Shown here piece after piece: positions 27,860 through 37,589 of a DNA stretch of 41,836 bases. Source of the DNA: an uncultured Candidatus Saccharibacteria bacterium (lineage in GTDB: Bacteria; Patescibacteriota; Minisyncoccia; Phycocordibacterales; DATDWN01); the NCBI GenBank assembly GCA_964608465.1, contig CAZSNI010000004.1, positions 1 to 41,836 of the forward strand, read 5' to 3'. How positions within the stretch are numbered: the stretch's first letter is position 1; every line of letters begins with the position of its first letter. The notes beneath the pieces were generated by a model that was not told the DNA's origin, searched no databases, and worked only from the letters and a program-made list of their open reading frames with translations. Both the position numbers and the translations under genes were made by a program.

Positions 27860-29512
27860 CTAGACCAAGTTATAAACACTGTTAAGCCAAAATATGATTA
27901 AATAGCAAATCCCTATCGCTCCAAGGAAGAAAAATCTCAGGGTAAATATGTGTTTTTCTACGTACGGTTTTTTGACTAAGAGTTTGTAGCCAATTATGGA
28001 TGCAGGCACAGATATAATATAAAGTAGATAAAAATTAAGGAAAATTGGCACAAGTAATATGCTTATCGAAAAAAGTAGAGCGACTATTCTGATTCCATAC
28101 TTAGGAAACAAGTTTGGTATTGTCATTATTCCATTAGTTCTATCTCCGTCAATATCTTTTATGTCTTTAAAATTTATTGCTAAGGTTACCATTATTACTA
28201 TTCCGATTGCCAAAAAAATTGGAAATGCATATATTTCCTTTCTTGTTGATACAAAAAAGAATCCAGCGAGTATTGTTGCAAGACAAGCAACTCCAATCAA
28301 AAAAGATGGAACTAAAGGTAATCTACGAAGTCTAAGGGGTGGCACAGAATATATATATGAACATGCAATGTATACAAGCGCCATAAAAAATGGGTAAAAA
28401 CCCGCACACCAACTCCCAACGAGAGCTATTCCTAACCAAAGTTTGCTTATGTCTCGCATCTCCACAATACTCAAAGAGTTGTTTACTAGAGGCCTGTCGG
28501 TGTTTGATATTTTATCAATCTCAATATCATATATGTCGTTTAGGTGTACAGCATGCATCCATAGTGCCGTCCAAGAGATAAATAAACAAAAACCCCCAAA
28601 TATATCTATTGGAACTATTGCATTCCCTAGTCTGTTTAAGTATGCAAAAACTATTCCGCAAAAAAGCGATGCGGTGTAGAAGTTTATTCTTTCAGGTCTA
28701 GAATTTCTTATAATTGATAAAAATTTTTCTTTGTTAATTCTCCAAAAAAGTAATCCCCCGATAAAAATTGAAATAATAAAAAGAATTTGAGACATAAGTT
28801 TGTCAAAACCCAACTCAAAAAATCTTGTAGTAGAGACTGACAAAAAACCTTCTCTTAATGTGTTGTGTGAAATGGTAGAGCGAAGTATATTTTTCTCAAA
28901 AAAACTAATAACTTCTGATGTTTCAACAGGTGTTGGGCTTGGGTTTGATAATGTATAAATAATTCCTGGGAGTGTGGCCATAATAAAAACAAATATATAA
29001 ATAAAAACAACGCCAAGTATTGTTTTAGCTTTATTTTTTGTTTGTATCCACATTAAATACCCAATTGTAATAAGAGAAACTGCGATTCCAATACGTATTC
29101 CAACTGTTGCGCCCTTTGTAAGAGTTGGTCCAAAAAAAGTTACAAAATCAAATAAAAGTTTTGATCCCGTATCAAATATATAACTCATTCTGAAACCCAC
29201 TCCTCCACTTACAAAGACATCTATAATTGGCGCAAGCCAGATAAGTGGCAGTCCAAAAAGTATTATTTTTGAAGAATTTTTATAGTCAGAAGTTATATGG
29301 CCGTATATAAGTATTGTTCCGAGTGTTACCGCAAGAAAATACAAACTATAGTGTACTAGTGTGTAAGGGTCCGACGGTATTATTCCAGAACTAGATGGGC
29401 TAGAAATAGATTCAAAAATAAACCTAACAAAGAGTATACCAACGAAACCATAAATCCACTCAGTTATGCTTACCTCTTGATTTCTGATGGTATCTAGAAT
29501 CTTGTTTATCAT
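27860..29512 (-). CDS. UbiA-family prenyltransferase with an N-terminal membrane extension
   Basis: LNDIYDIEIDKISNTDRPL (NDxxDxxxD...RP) and FKDIKDIDGDRTNG (DxxDxxGD); YSVPPLRLRR. Confidence 0.85.
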   Translation of the reverse strand: MINKILDTIRNQEVSITEWIYGFVGILFVRFIFESISSPSSSGIIPSDPYTLVHYSLYFLAVTLGTILIYGHITSDYKNSSKIILFGLPLIWLAPIIDVFVSGGVGFRMSYIFDTGSKLLFDFVTFFGPTLTKGATVGIRIGIAVSLITIGYLMWIQTKNKAKTILGVVFIYIFVFIMATLPGIIYTLSNPSPTPVETSEVISFFEKNILRSTISHNTLREGFLSVSTTRFFELGFDKLMSQILFIISIFIGGLLFWRINKEKFLSIIRNSRPERINFYTASLFCGIVFAYLNRLGNAIVPIDIFGGFCLFISWTALWMHAVHLNDIYDIEIDKISNTDRPLVNNSLSIVEMRDISKLWLGIALVGSWCAGFYPFFMALVYIACSYIYSVPPLRLRRLPLVPSFLIGVACLATILAGFFFVSTRKEIYAFPIFLAIGIVIMVTLAINFKDIKDIDGDRTNGIMTIPNLFPKYGIRIVALLFSISILLVPIFLNFYLLYIISVPASIIGYKLLVKKPYVEKHIFTLRFFFLGAIGICYLIIFWLNSVYNLV

Positions 29513-29519
29513 TTCAGTA

Positions 29520-30308
29520 TTATACTACTAAAATTTTTGTTAAATTTAACCATATTTCAAGAGGTAAATCTTCAGCTCTGGATTTTAAATCTAAACTAAG
29601 CTTTTCAAATGCATCAATAACTTTTTCTTTCGGAAAGTCGTTCGAGAGGTTAGGTAATAATTGTTTTCTTTTGTGAGCAAAACCCGAGTGTATTACGTTG
29701 AAAAAATCTTTGGACTCCATGCCTTCAATGTTTTTATTTGAAACATTCTCTATGTTTATTACAGCCGAGTCTACATTTGGAGCCGGGCTAAACGCTCCCC
29801 TCCCAACGGTTCGAATAATTTTTGGATCCCCAAAAACTTTTACAGAAAGTGAAAGTAAACTTTCTTTTTTATCTCTCGCAACTATTCTTTCAGCAACTTC
29901 TTTTTGTACGAGCAGTGTCATGCTCACAGGTTTATTTTTTGCCTCTAAGAATTTTCTAATTATTTGACCAGTAATGTAGTAAGGAATATTTGCAACAATT
30001 TTATACTTGTTTTTTACTATTTCAGTTTGATCTATATTAAACTCAAGTATATCCGCCTCGATAATTTCTAAGTTTCCATTTGTTACCTCCCTTTCAAATT
30101 TTTCTTGGAGTATCGGTATTAATCTGTGGTCTTTTTCTATAACCACCACTTTTCCTGCTTGCTTCAATAGTTCCATTGTCATAACTCCCTCTCCTGGGCC
30201 AATTTCTAAAACAGTATCATCTGCTGTTACTTTACCGGCAGAAACTATATCACTTACTATTTTAGGTGATTTAAGAAAATTTTGACCGAGTGATTTCTTT
30301 TTAAGCAT
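29520..30308 (-). CDS. rsmA: 16S rRNA dimethyladenosine transferase
   Basis: KKSLGQNFL, LEIGPGEG, VANIPYYIT, F.PAPNVDS. Confidence 0.96.
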   Translation of the reverse strand: MLKKKSLGQNFLKSPKIVSDIVSAGKVTADDTVLEIGPGEGVMTMELLKQAGKVVVIEKDHRLIPILQEKFEREVTNGNLEIIEADILEFNIDQTEIVKNKYKIVANIPYYITGQIIRKFLEAKNKPVSMTLLVQKEVAERIVARDKKESLLSLSVKVFGDPKIIRTVGRGAFSPAPNVDSAVINIENVSNKNIEGMESKDFFNVIHSGFAHKRKQLLPNLSNDFPKEKVIDAFEKLSLDLKSRAEDLPLEIWLNLTKILVV

Positions 30309-30309
30309 T

Positions 30310-32250
30310 TTAGAAGTCTATACTAAACAAAGGTTTTCTAGGAGACTCATCTTCCCCATAATGTTCTTTTTCGGTGTATTTTTCAGGAATGTCATCCAGA
30401 AACTCTGAAGGAGAGTTGATTTCCCTATTTCCAAATATAGTACGTGTTACTGCCCAAGTCAAAAAAAGCTTTTTTCCAGCACGAGTAATTGCTACATAGA
30501 AAAGCCTTCTTTCCTCCTCGTTATCTTCACCGGATTTTCTCTCTCCCATTCTTCTGTGAGGAAAAAGATCTGATTCTAGTCCTGTGACAAATACAAAATC
30601 AAATTCCAAACCCTTAGATGAGTGCACTGTCATTAGTTTTACACCAGTTTTTTTACCATCTAGAGAGTCTTGGTCTGAGGCTAGAGAACTGTCGGTTAAA
30701 AACTTCTCAATCCCTTCCTCTGGAGTATTTTCATCATAAAGAGACGCCAGAGATACGAGTTCCATGATGTTCTCTAGTCTTTCAGTGTCTTCTTCTTGTC
30801 CTGTGCTATATAAATCCTCCATACCAGTTACTTTTATGACAAACTTAATTGCTTCACTGGTTTTCTGCGTTAAAAGCGCATCTTTTATTTGGAGCAGTAA
30901 TCTTTTGAATTCTGCAAGTTTTTCCCTGGTTTTTTCTGGGAGTTCAGCTTCCTTCCCTTCAATAATTTTAGAAATGGTCGTTTTACCTATTCCCCTAGGA
31001 GGAATATTTATTATTCTCATTAAATCTGTTGTTGAGTCGGTGTTTAAAGAGGCTTTTATAAAACTCACCACATCTTTAACTTCTTTTCTTTCAAAGAACT
31101 TAGTTCCAAGCATCTGATAATCCACTCCAAATGCAAGAAAGGCGTCCTCCAGAACTCTAGATTGAAAGTTTGCTCTATATAAAACAGCAATGTGCTCAGG
31201 GCTGACACCGCTCTCAATGATGTTTTTGGCTTTCAGAGCTATGAACTGGGCTTCGTCCACTTCACTTCTTCCCTCAAAAATAGAAATTTTCTCGCCTTCA
31301 TGGTTTTCGGTAAAGAGCTTTTTAGGGATTCTGTAGTCATTTTTCTCTATTATAAGGTTTGCGACCGCAAGAATGTTCTTTGTTGATCTATAATTCTGCT
31401 CCAGAAAGAAAGTCTGGGCTTCCGAGTATGTTTTTTCAAAATGAAGCATATTTTTTATTTCGGCACCTCTCCAGCTGTATATATTCTGATCCGTGTCTCC
31501 CACAACACATATGTTTCTATGTTTTTTCGCAAGCATTTCTACAATGTCATTTTGCACTTTGTTTGTATCCTGGTATTCATCCACATGTATATATTTGAAC
31601 CTATCTTGGTATTTTTCTAGTACTTCCGGGTACTTTTTAAGAAGTTTGAGGGTTTTTAGTAGTAAGTCGTCAAAATCTAAGGCACTTTCCTTTTTTAGGG
31701 TTTCTTCATACTTAGTCCAGACTTTTTTTGTCAGTTCTGAGGAAAAATCATATGAGCCTCTTTCGTTGTATTCGCCAATGTCCACACCCCTTCCCTTTTC
31801 AGCAGATATAATATGTCTAACTTTATCTAAGTGGTCTTTTGGGTCCAAACCAACCGAGATTATGGACTCTTTTATAGCTTTTTTGGAATCTGAGGTGTCA
31901 AAAATTGTAAAATGTCTTGGAAGTTTTAATACATCCGAGTTCTCTTTTATTATCTGAACCCCTAGTGAGTGGAAAGTGCTCATGAACGGAGCCCCTCCTC
32001 TTAGGTGTATTAAATTCGGGTCACTTTTCATTAGGCTCACCACCCTTTCTCTCATTTCCTTAGCAGCTTTGTTAGTAAATGTTATTGCAAGGATGTTCTC
32101 TGGTCTTACTCCACTGTGCATTAGGTGTAAAATCCTGTGAGTAATGGTTTTTGTTTTGCCGGCACCTGCACCCGCAACTATAAGAACAGGTCCTTCTATG
32201 GCTAAAACAGCACTTTTCTGTTCTGAGTTTAAGGTTTTTAGATAGTCCAT
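30310..32250 (-). CDS. uvrD: UvrD/PcrA-family SF1A DNA helicase
   Basis: AGAGAGKT, AITFTNKAA, VDEYQD, VVGDTDQNIYSWRGA, LEQNYRST, LMTVHSSKGLEF, EERRLFYVAITRA. Confidence 0.95.
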   Translation of the reverse strand: MDYLKTLNSEQKSAVLAIEGPVLIVAGAGAGKTKTITHRILHLMHSGVRPENILAITFTNKAAKEMRERVVSLMKSDPNLIHLRGGAPFMSTFHSLGVQIIKENSDVLKLPRHFTIFDTSDSKKAIKESIISVGLDPKDHLDKVRHIISAEKGRGVDIGEYNERGSYDFSSELTKKVWTKYEETLKKESALDFDDLLLKTLKLLKKYPEVLEKYQDRFKYIHVDEYQDTNKVQNDIVEMLAKKHRNICVVGDTDQNIYSWRGAEIKNMLHFEKTYSEAQTFFLEQNYRSTKNILAVANLIIEKNDYRIPKKLFTENHEGEKISIFEGRSEVDEAQFIALKAKNIIESGVSPEHIAVLYRANFQSRVLEDAFLAFGVDYQMLGTKFFERKEVKDVVSFIKASLNTDSTTDLMRIINIPPRGIGKTTISKIIEGKEAELPEKTREKLAEFKRLLLQIKDALLTQKTSEAIKFVIKVTGMEDLYSTGQEEDTERLENIMELVSLASLYDENTPEEGIEKFLTDSSLASDQDSLDGKKTGVKLMTVHSSKGLEFDFVFVTGLESDLFPHRRMGERKSGEDNEEERRLFYVAITRAGKKLFLTWAVTRTIFGNREINSPSEFLDDIPEKYTEKEHYGEDESPRKPLFSIDF

Positions 32251-32309
32251 TGAGATTTGATTATAGCATTTGTTAAAAACTTACTTTTGTGACCTGTTTA
32301 TAACTCCTA

Positions 32310-32389
32310 TTGACCCTAGTTTGAGACTATATATAATAGATAAGTACGGAAATATTGATAGAAAATATGGCTCTGTTAAGCCATATTTT
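32310..32389 (+). promoter_or_regulatory. Promoter (TTGACC-16-TATAAT) and a perfect 11-bp hairpin in the leader of the LysM-M23 gene
   Basis: -35 at 32310-32315, -10 at 32332-32337; AAAATATGGCT-ctgtta-AGCCATATTTT at 32362-32389. Confidence 0.55.
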
Positions 32390-32428
32390 ATACGGAGATT
32401 CTGAATTTGAATTAAATTTTAGCTTATT

Positions 32429-33529
32429 TTGAGGTCCACACAAGATCCTCATTTTAGGTCAGGTCTTAAAATCGCCAGCACAGCTTTTGTAAAAAATTGC
32501 AGTCAGGTGGGATCTACCAAAAATGTGGTGAAAATACTAGCTTTTTTGGCCATTAATCCGGCAGTTTTACTGTCTTTGGCACTACCTATACAGGCTTCTG
32601 CCTGTGGTATTTTTGATATTAAATCTTGTTTTAGTAGTAGCAGTAAAGTTGAGGCTCAGGAAGTCTCTACTTCAAACTCTCAGAACATTGCTCTGCTACA
32701 GGCCCCACTTTCACCTTTTCATTCAGCATCCTCTACTGAAGACGATTCTTCTATAATCGAAGATTCATACCTAACATCAGAAATACAGGTTGTGGACGAG
32801 TCTAGAACGATTGATGATGAGCAAATTAGTGTATATGTCGTGCATGGCGGGGATACACTACCTGCTATAGCTAAGATGTTTGGGGTTACTGTAAACACTA
32901 TCCGATGGGGTAACGACCTTAAGTCAGACAAACTGACTCCTGGGCAGACTTTGATTATCCTACCTATTTCCGGAGTTAAACACGTTGTTAAGTCAGGTGA
33001 GACTATTGCTGGTATAACAAAATTACATAAGGGTGATTTGGACGAAGTTTTGCAATACAACAACCTTACAAAGTCTTCTAAGTTGGTTATTGGTGATGTT
33101 ATTGTGATCCCAGACGGTGAATTGGTGGCTGTTTCTGCAGGTACAAAGAAAACTACAGCCAAATCAAATTATTCTGGCCCAACATATAGTGGATACTATA
33201 TGCGACCTATTGTCGGTGGTATTAAAACACAAGGAGTTCATGGTCATAACGGAGTAGATCTAGCATCTAGTTACGGAGCAAATATTTTAGCAGCTGCTTC
33301 AGGAGAAGTAATTGTCGCTAGAACTGGTTATAACGGTGGCTATGGTACGTATATTGTTATTAAGCACGCAAATGGTACACAAACTTTGTACGGACATCTA
33401 AGTTCACTTAGTGTTTCTGCTGGAAACAGAGTTTCACAGGGTCAGATAATAGGAAAAATGGGAAGTACTGGAAAATCAACAGGCACACACTTACACTTCG
33501 AGATTCGAGGTGCTCGAAATCCCTTCTAG
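32429..33529 (+). CDS. LysM (x2) + M23 metallopeptidase (start codon uncertain)
   Basis: YVVHGGDTLPAIAKMFGV and HVVKSGETIAGI LysM repeats; HGHNGVD (HxxxD), YGHL, STGTHLHFE (HxH). Confidence 0.92.
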   Translation: MRSTQDPHFRSGLKIASTAFVKNCSQVGSTKNVVKILAFLAINPAVLLSLALPIQASACGIFDIKSCFSSSSKVEAQEVSTSNSQNIALLQAPLSPFHSASSTEDDSSIIEDSYLTSEIQVVDESRTIDDEQISVYVVHGGDTLPAIAKMFGVTVNTIRWGNDLKSDKLTPGQTLIILPISGVKHVVKSGETIAGITKLHKGDLDEVLQYNNLTKSSKLVIGDVIVIPDGELVAVSAGTKKTTAKSNYSGPTYSGYYMRPIVGGIKTQGVHGHNGVDLASSYGANILAAASGEVIVARTGYNGGYGTYIVIKHANGTQTLYGHLSSLSVSAGNRVSQGQIIGKMGSTGKSTGTHLHFEIRGARNPF

Positions 33530-33530
33530 T

Positions 33531-33656
33531 TAAAACTTCCAAATTTAGCGATCTACTCGTTTCGTAATATAAAAAGTTCGTCACCTTACTGTGTGTAAGG
33601 CTTCTCACTTTTTCAATTCCTCAACTTCGTATCTCATCTAAATTGTGAAAGCTTTA
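33531..33656. repeat. Palindromic intergenic element, copy 2 (opposite orientation)
   Basis: Minus strand AGATAC...GCCTTAC-acaca-GTAAGGTGA...GTAGAT with near-inverted termini; same core and similar spacing as 10746-10848. Confidence 0.7.
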
Positions 33657-35198
33657 GTATTTCTTTGGTCTATATTGTAGAGCCTCAAGTATGTGATTTT
33701 CTGCAATATCTTCTTTTCCCTCTAGGTCGGCGATAGTTCTAGCTAGTTTTATGATTCGGTGGTAGGAGCGTGCAGATAGATCCAGTTTTTTAGCAGATTC
33801 GTTTAATAACTCTTTTACTTTTTCTGAAAGAGGGACGGTTTTTACTAGATCTTTTGAAGAGAGCTCAGCATTTGTTTTAATTTTTAAATTTGAGAATCTT
33901 TTTTCTTGTATTTTTCGAGCCTTTTCTACTCTAGGTTTTATTTTTTGTGTTCCTTCGTGCAGGTCTCTACTGTCTGTTAGTTTTTCATATTCAACTTTTG
34001 AAACTTCTACCCAAAGATCTATTCTGTCCATTATTGGTCCAGAAAGTTTTCTTTTGTATTTTTCTATTGCAACTGCAGAACAAACACATTCTTTGCCTTT
34101 TACCCCGTAGTTTCCACACGGGCAAGGGTTCATTGTTGCCACTAAAATAAAATGCGCTGGATAACGCACAGAGCCTTTGGCACGTGACACTGTCACCACT
34201 CTATCTTCTAGTGGTTGTCTAAGTGATTCAAGAACTTTTTTATCAAATTCTGGAAACTCATCCATAAACAAAACCCCTTTATGTGCCAAAGTTACTTCTC
34301 CAGGTTTTAAGTTAGCTCCTCCACCAACAAGTGATACATAAGACGCAGTATGATGAGGGGAACGAAACGGAGGTTCATTTATAATTCCATCCAGTAACAT
34401 TCCTCCTATGGAATATATTGAAGTCACCTCTAGTTTTTCATCGAACGAGAGTTCGGGAAGTAAATTTGAAAAGGCTTTTGCAAGCATGGTCTTACCTGTG
34501 CCCGGAGGTCCAAACATAATTATGTTGTGGCCTCCTGCCGCTGCTATTTCCAGTCCTCTTTTTGCTGATTCCTGGCCTTTTATATCAGAAAAATCAACAT
34601 CGATTTCTTTTTCTTTTTTCTCTTCAATTTTTTTAATAAAAACTTCTAATTCTTGTTTAGAGAAATTCTCATCCGGGATTTCTTTTGTATTTATATGTTT
34701 TACTACATCTAGCAGACTTTCTGCGCCATAAACATCTATCCCCTCTATGTTTCCCGCTTCTTCTACATTATCTTTGGGTAAGAATATTTCTTTAAAACCT
34801 TCTTTTTTGGCCTTTTGAGTTATCGGTAAAACTCCTTTAACTCCCCTAAGTTTTCCATCAAGTGATAGCTCGCCTATAAAAAGTCTTTTGTCAGTATCTG
34901 CTTTTATCTCGTCAGACGCTATAAGATATGCAAGAGCAATAGGAAGGTCAAAGATCGGCCCTTCTTTTTTAACATCTGCAGGAGCGAGAGCCACAACAAC
35001 TTTCTGATTTTTATTCTTTGGAGATTTCCAACCTGAGTTTTTTATTGCTGATGAAACTCGGTCTTTGGCTTCGTCCACAGACTTATCTCCTAATCCTACT
35101 ATAGAAAAAGAGTGGAGCCCCCGAGAGAGATCCACCTCTAAATCTATAATTTGAGCTGAAAGTAGTGTTGCCTGAGCGCTGTAGATTTTAGCTACCAT
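33654..35198 (-). CDS. comM: ComM/YifB Mg-chelatase-like AAA+ ATPase
   Basis: ATG 35198 (MVAKIYSA); FSIVGLGD..V.EAKDRV, GELSLDG, GPPGTGKT, FRSPHH, LFMDEFPEF, NPCPCG, LSARSYHRIIKLARTIADL. Confidence 0.92.
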   Translation of the reverse strand: MVAKIYSAQATLLSAQIIDLEVDLSRGLHSFSIVGLGDKSVDEAKDRVSSAIKNSGWKSPKNKNQKVVVALAPADVKKEGPIFDLPIALAYLIASDEIKADTDKRLFIGELSLDGKLRGVKGVLPITQKAKKEGFKEIFLPKDNVEEAGNIEGIDVYGAESLLDVVKHINTKEIPDENFSKQELEVFIKKIEEKKEKEIDVDFSDIKGQESAKRGLEIAAAGGHNIIMFGPPGTGKTMLAKAFSNLLPELSFDEKLEVTSIYSIGGMLLDGIINEPPFRSPHHTASYVSLVGGGANLKPGEVTLAHKGVLFMDEFPEFDKKVLESLRQPLEDRVVTVSRAKGSVRYPAHFILVATMNPCPCGNYGVKGKECVCSAVAIEKYKRKLSGPIMDRIDLWVEVSKVEYEKLTDSRDLHEGTQKIKPRVEKARKIQEKRFSNLKIKTNAELSSKDLVKTVPLSEKVKELLNESAKKLDLSARSYHRIIKLARTIADLEGKEDIAENHILEALQYRPKKY

Positions 35199-35215
35199 AT
35201 GCCGGTAGCATACTC

Positions 35216-35572
35216 CTACATATGAGTTTTGCAAGTGGTAGCCGAAGGACTAGCTTCTAGTCTATCTTCTTCTATATCATTACCACAAACAGAACATTTT
35301 CCAAAAGTTCCGTCTTCTATTCTAGCTAATGCCTCGGTTACATTTTTCAACTGTATTTCAAGTTGACCAAGAACTGCATTGTCATTTTCATATGTTTCTA
35401 TTCCCTCTGCTACGTCTAATTCGTCTGCCTCGTCTACGTCACCTTCTTTTCTTACAGTTTCCCAGTCCCCAGCTTCATCTGGGTTTTTTCTACCAAGAGT
35501 ACCTAATTGTCTTTCTAGTTCTACTGATTCTCTGGTCAATACTTCTTTAAAGTGGTTTGTATCTTTAGTCAT
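35216..35572 (-). CDS. TraR/DksA-family C4-type zinc-finger protein
   Basis: DEADELD, ALARIEDGTFGKCSVCG..I...RLEASP.ATTC..H. Confidence 0.9.
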   Translation of the reverse strand: MTKDTNHFKEVLTRESVELERQLGTLGRKNPDEAGDWETVRKEGDVDEADELDVAEGIETYENDNAVLGQLEIQLKNVTEALARIEDGTFGKCSVCGNDIEEDRLEASPSATTCKTHM

Positions 35573-35609
35573 AGGCTTATTGTACCAGACTGACTTTTGT
35601 ATGCAATTG

Positions 35610-36482
35610 TTACTTAACCTGTTTACTTATTATGAGTTTTCCTACAATCGCAGATAGCATATTCTCATTTTTAGTAATAACTAATGTTTTTCTATCAATG
35701 AAAGAGTATAGAAGTATGGAGTTTCCAACTGAGTCCTTCAAAACTCTTATGTCTCTATTTTTTATAACTTCATCGATAAATAGCTTTTGAGTTGTGCTAG
35801 ATATATTCGGTGTGTAGTTAAAGATCTCTCCTAAGTCATTTGCCATCGATTCTTCCCATTTGAGCATTCCTGGATATGCGAGCGAATAATCTTTTACAGT
35901 GAGGATAATGAAAGGTTCGTTGGTGTCATAAGAGTAAACACCAAGCATGTATTCCTTATCAAAAGATCTAGTAAGAGATGGAAGCATGCTAGGGGCAATA
36001 ACTGAAAGAAGGTTCTCTGTAGAAACTTGATTGTCGTTCAGCAAAGGGTTTATATATATAATTGAATTTACAACAAGTCCATTTTTGTTTTTATTTTCGA
36101 CAACTTTTTCAAAAATTTCTTTTCTATTCACAGTTGTCATCGACACAGGGCTTTCCTCGGTAAAAGCAATTATTGCTTTTGTTTGTTTCTCAATTACAAC
36201 CTCCTCATTTGATTTTATGTAATACAGGGCCGCAACAGACACTATGCCGACTACAATAAAAAAAATACCAAATATTATAAATGTTTTGTTTCTTGCATTT
36301 GATTTGCCTAGAACTTCAGCAGTCTCTATTGGATTTTCTTGTTTTCTTACTTGCTCTTTTACCAGAATCGTCGTTGCAGAATAGTTGTTTTTTGATATGG
36401 CCTCCTGAACATCCCCTTGGAATGTTCTAAGAGACTTTATCGGTATTCTTTCTTCCTTTTTTTTATTTTCTTCAGGATTCAT
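35610..36482 (-). CDS. Membrane-anchored hypothetical protein
   Basis: ATG 36482 (MNPEENK; TGt-TACAAT 8 nt upstream); SLRTFQGD N-terminal motif, single TM, ...WE...DL...F...DR.I.N.D.R-type C-domain. Confidence 0.8.
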   Translation of the reverse strand: MNPEENKKKEERIPIKSLRTFQGDVQEAISKNNYSATTILVKEQVRKQENPIETAEVLGKSNARNKTFIIFGIFFIVVGIVSVAALYYIKSNEEVVIEKQTKAIIAFTEESPVSMTTVNRKEIFEKVVENKNKNGLVVNSIIYINPLLNDNQVSTENLLSVIAPSMLPSLTRSFDKEYMLGVYSYDTNEPFIILTVKDYSLAYPGMLKWEESMANDLGEIFNYTPNISSTTQKLFIDEVIKNRDIRVLKDSVGNSILLYSFIDRKTLVITKNENMLSAIVGKLIISKQVK

Positions 36483-36530
36483 TTTTCTTAATTGTAACAA
36501 AATCCTATTGAATTAAAAACTAACAATCTT

Positions 36531-37088
36531 TTACTTTAGGGGAATTCTAGGAACTCTACGATTTCTTTTGTTCCCTCCACCAAAGCCTAATAAGTATTTT
36601 GAAGGATCTTGATCTAAATCCATAAAGTCGTCGCAAACTTCAATGAGCTTGCTAGAAGAAGATTTTCCAAATGACATAACTTCAACTTGGCAACCCTCGT
36701 TTACTTGCAAGTATTCAACTAGCGGTACGAAATCTCCGTCCCCTGTTACTAGAATTATTGCATCTAATTTTGGTGCAAGTTTTATTGCATCAACCGCTAA
36801 GCCCACATCCCAGTCGGCTTTTTTAGCTCCACCAGAAAAAATCTGTAGGTTTTTAGTTTTAGTCTCTATTCCCATTTTTCCGAGAGCTTCGAAAAAATTT
36901 TTCTCATCCCCTGCCTCTGTGGTAATAACATAAGCCACTGCTCTAATAAGTTGTCTTCCAGCTAAACCGTCTTTTACAACTTGGTCAAAGTTTACTCTAG
37001 TGTTGTAAATGTTTTTTGCTGAATGGTAGAGGTTTTGGGTGTCTATAAAAATACCCACTCTCTGATCTTTGTGTTTAATTACACTCAT
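36531..37088 (-). CDS. NYN-domain (LabA/DUF88) PIN-like nuclease
   Basis: IFIDTQNLY, KKADWDVGLAVD, LVTGDGDFVPL. Confidence 0.92.
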   Translation of the reverse strand: MSVIKHKDQRVGIFIDTQNLYHSAKNIYNTRVNFDQVVKDGLAGRQLIRAVAYVITTEAGDEKNFFEALGKMGIETKTKNLQIFSGGAKKADWDVGLAVDAIKLAPKLDAIILVTGDGDFVPLVEYLQVNEGCQVEVMSFGKSSSSKLIEVCDDFMDLDQDPSKYLLGFGGGNKRNRRVPRIPLK

Positions 37089-37187
37089 AATTTATAAAAA
37101 ATTAATAATAACGTTCAAATATTAAAATTAACTGACAAGTTAATTGTATATTATTTAAAATACAATGCTACGAAGTTGTTGCTTAAA

Positions 37188-37215
37188 TGAAAACAAACCC
37201 GAAGGTTTGCTTTCA
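37188..37215 (-). terminator. Terminator after rpsO with a C(UUCG)G tetraloop
   Basis: Minus strand TGAAAGCAAACC-TTCG-GGTTTGTTTTCA. Confidence 0.8.
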
Positions 37216-37222
37216 AGAGATA

Positions 37223-37489
37223 TTATTTCTTTAGACCAAGCTTCTTGTTTAGGGCGTTGAATCTTTTTGGATTCTTTTTCTCTAGATACTTCATGTGAGT
37301 CTTTCGACTTGCAACCATTTGTAGTAACCCTCTTCGAGAGTGGTTATCCTTAGCATTTTTCTTCAAGTGAGAAGCTAGTTCGTCAATTCTTTTAGTCAAA
37401 ATAGCAATCTGAACCTCTGGAGAACCAGTGTCAGTCGCGTGTACTTGGACTTCTTTAACGATTTTTGATTTCTTTGTCTTTGTAAGCAT
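37223..37489 (-). CDS. rpsO: 30S ribosomal protein S15
   Basis: DTGSPEVQIAILT.RI..L..HLK...KDNHSRRGLL.MV. Confidence 0.98.
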   Translation of the reverse strand: MLTKTKKSKIVKEVQVHATDTGSPEVQIAILTKRIDELASHLKKNAKDNHSRRGLLQMVASRKTHMKYLEKKNPKRFNALNKKLGLKK

Positions 37490-37589
37490 TGTCCCAATAG
37501 GATATCACACAATATAGGCATTTGCAAGCCTTTTTATATCGAATCCAATACTAACCGTGTCGCACAATATTTGGTATAATATTTTGGTA

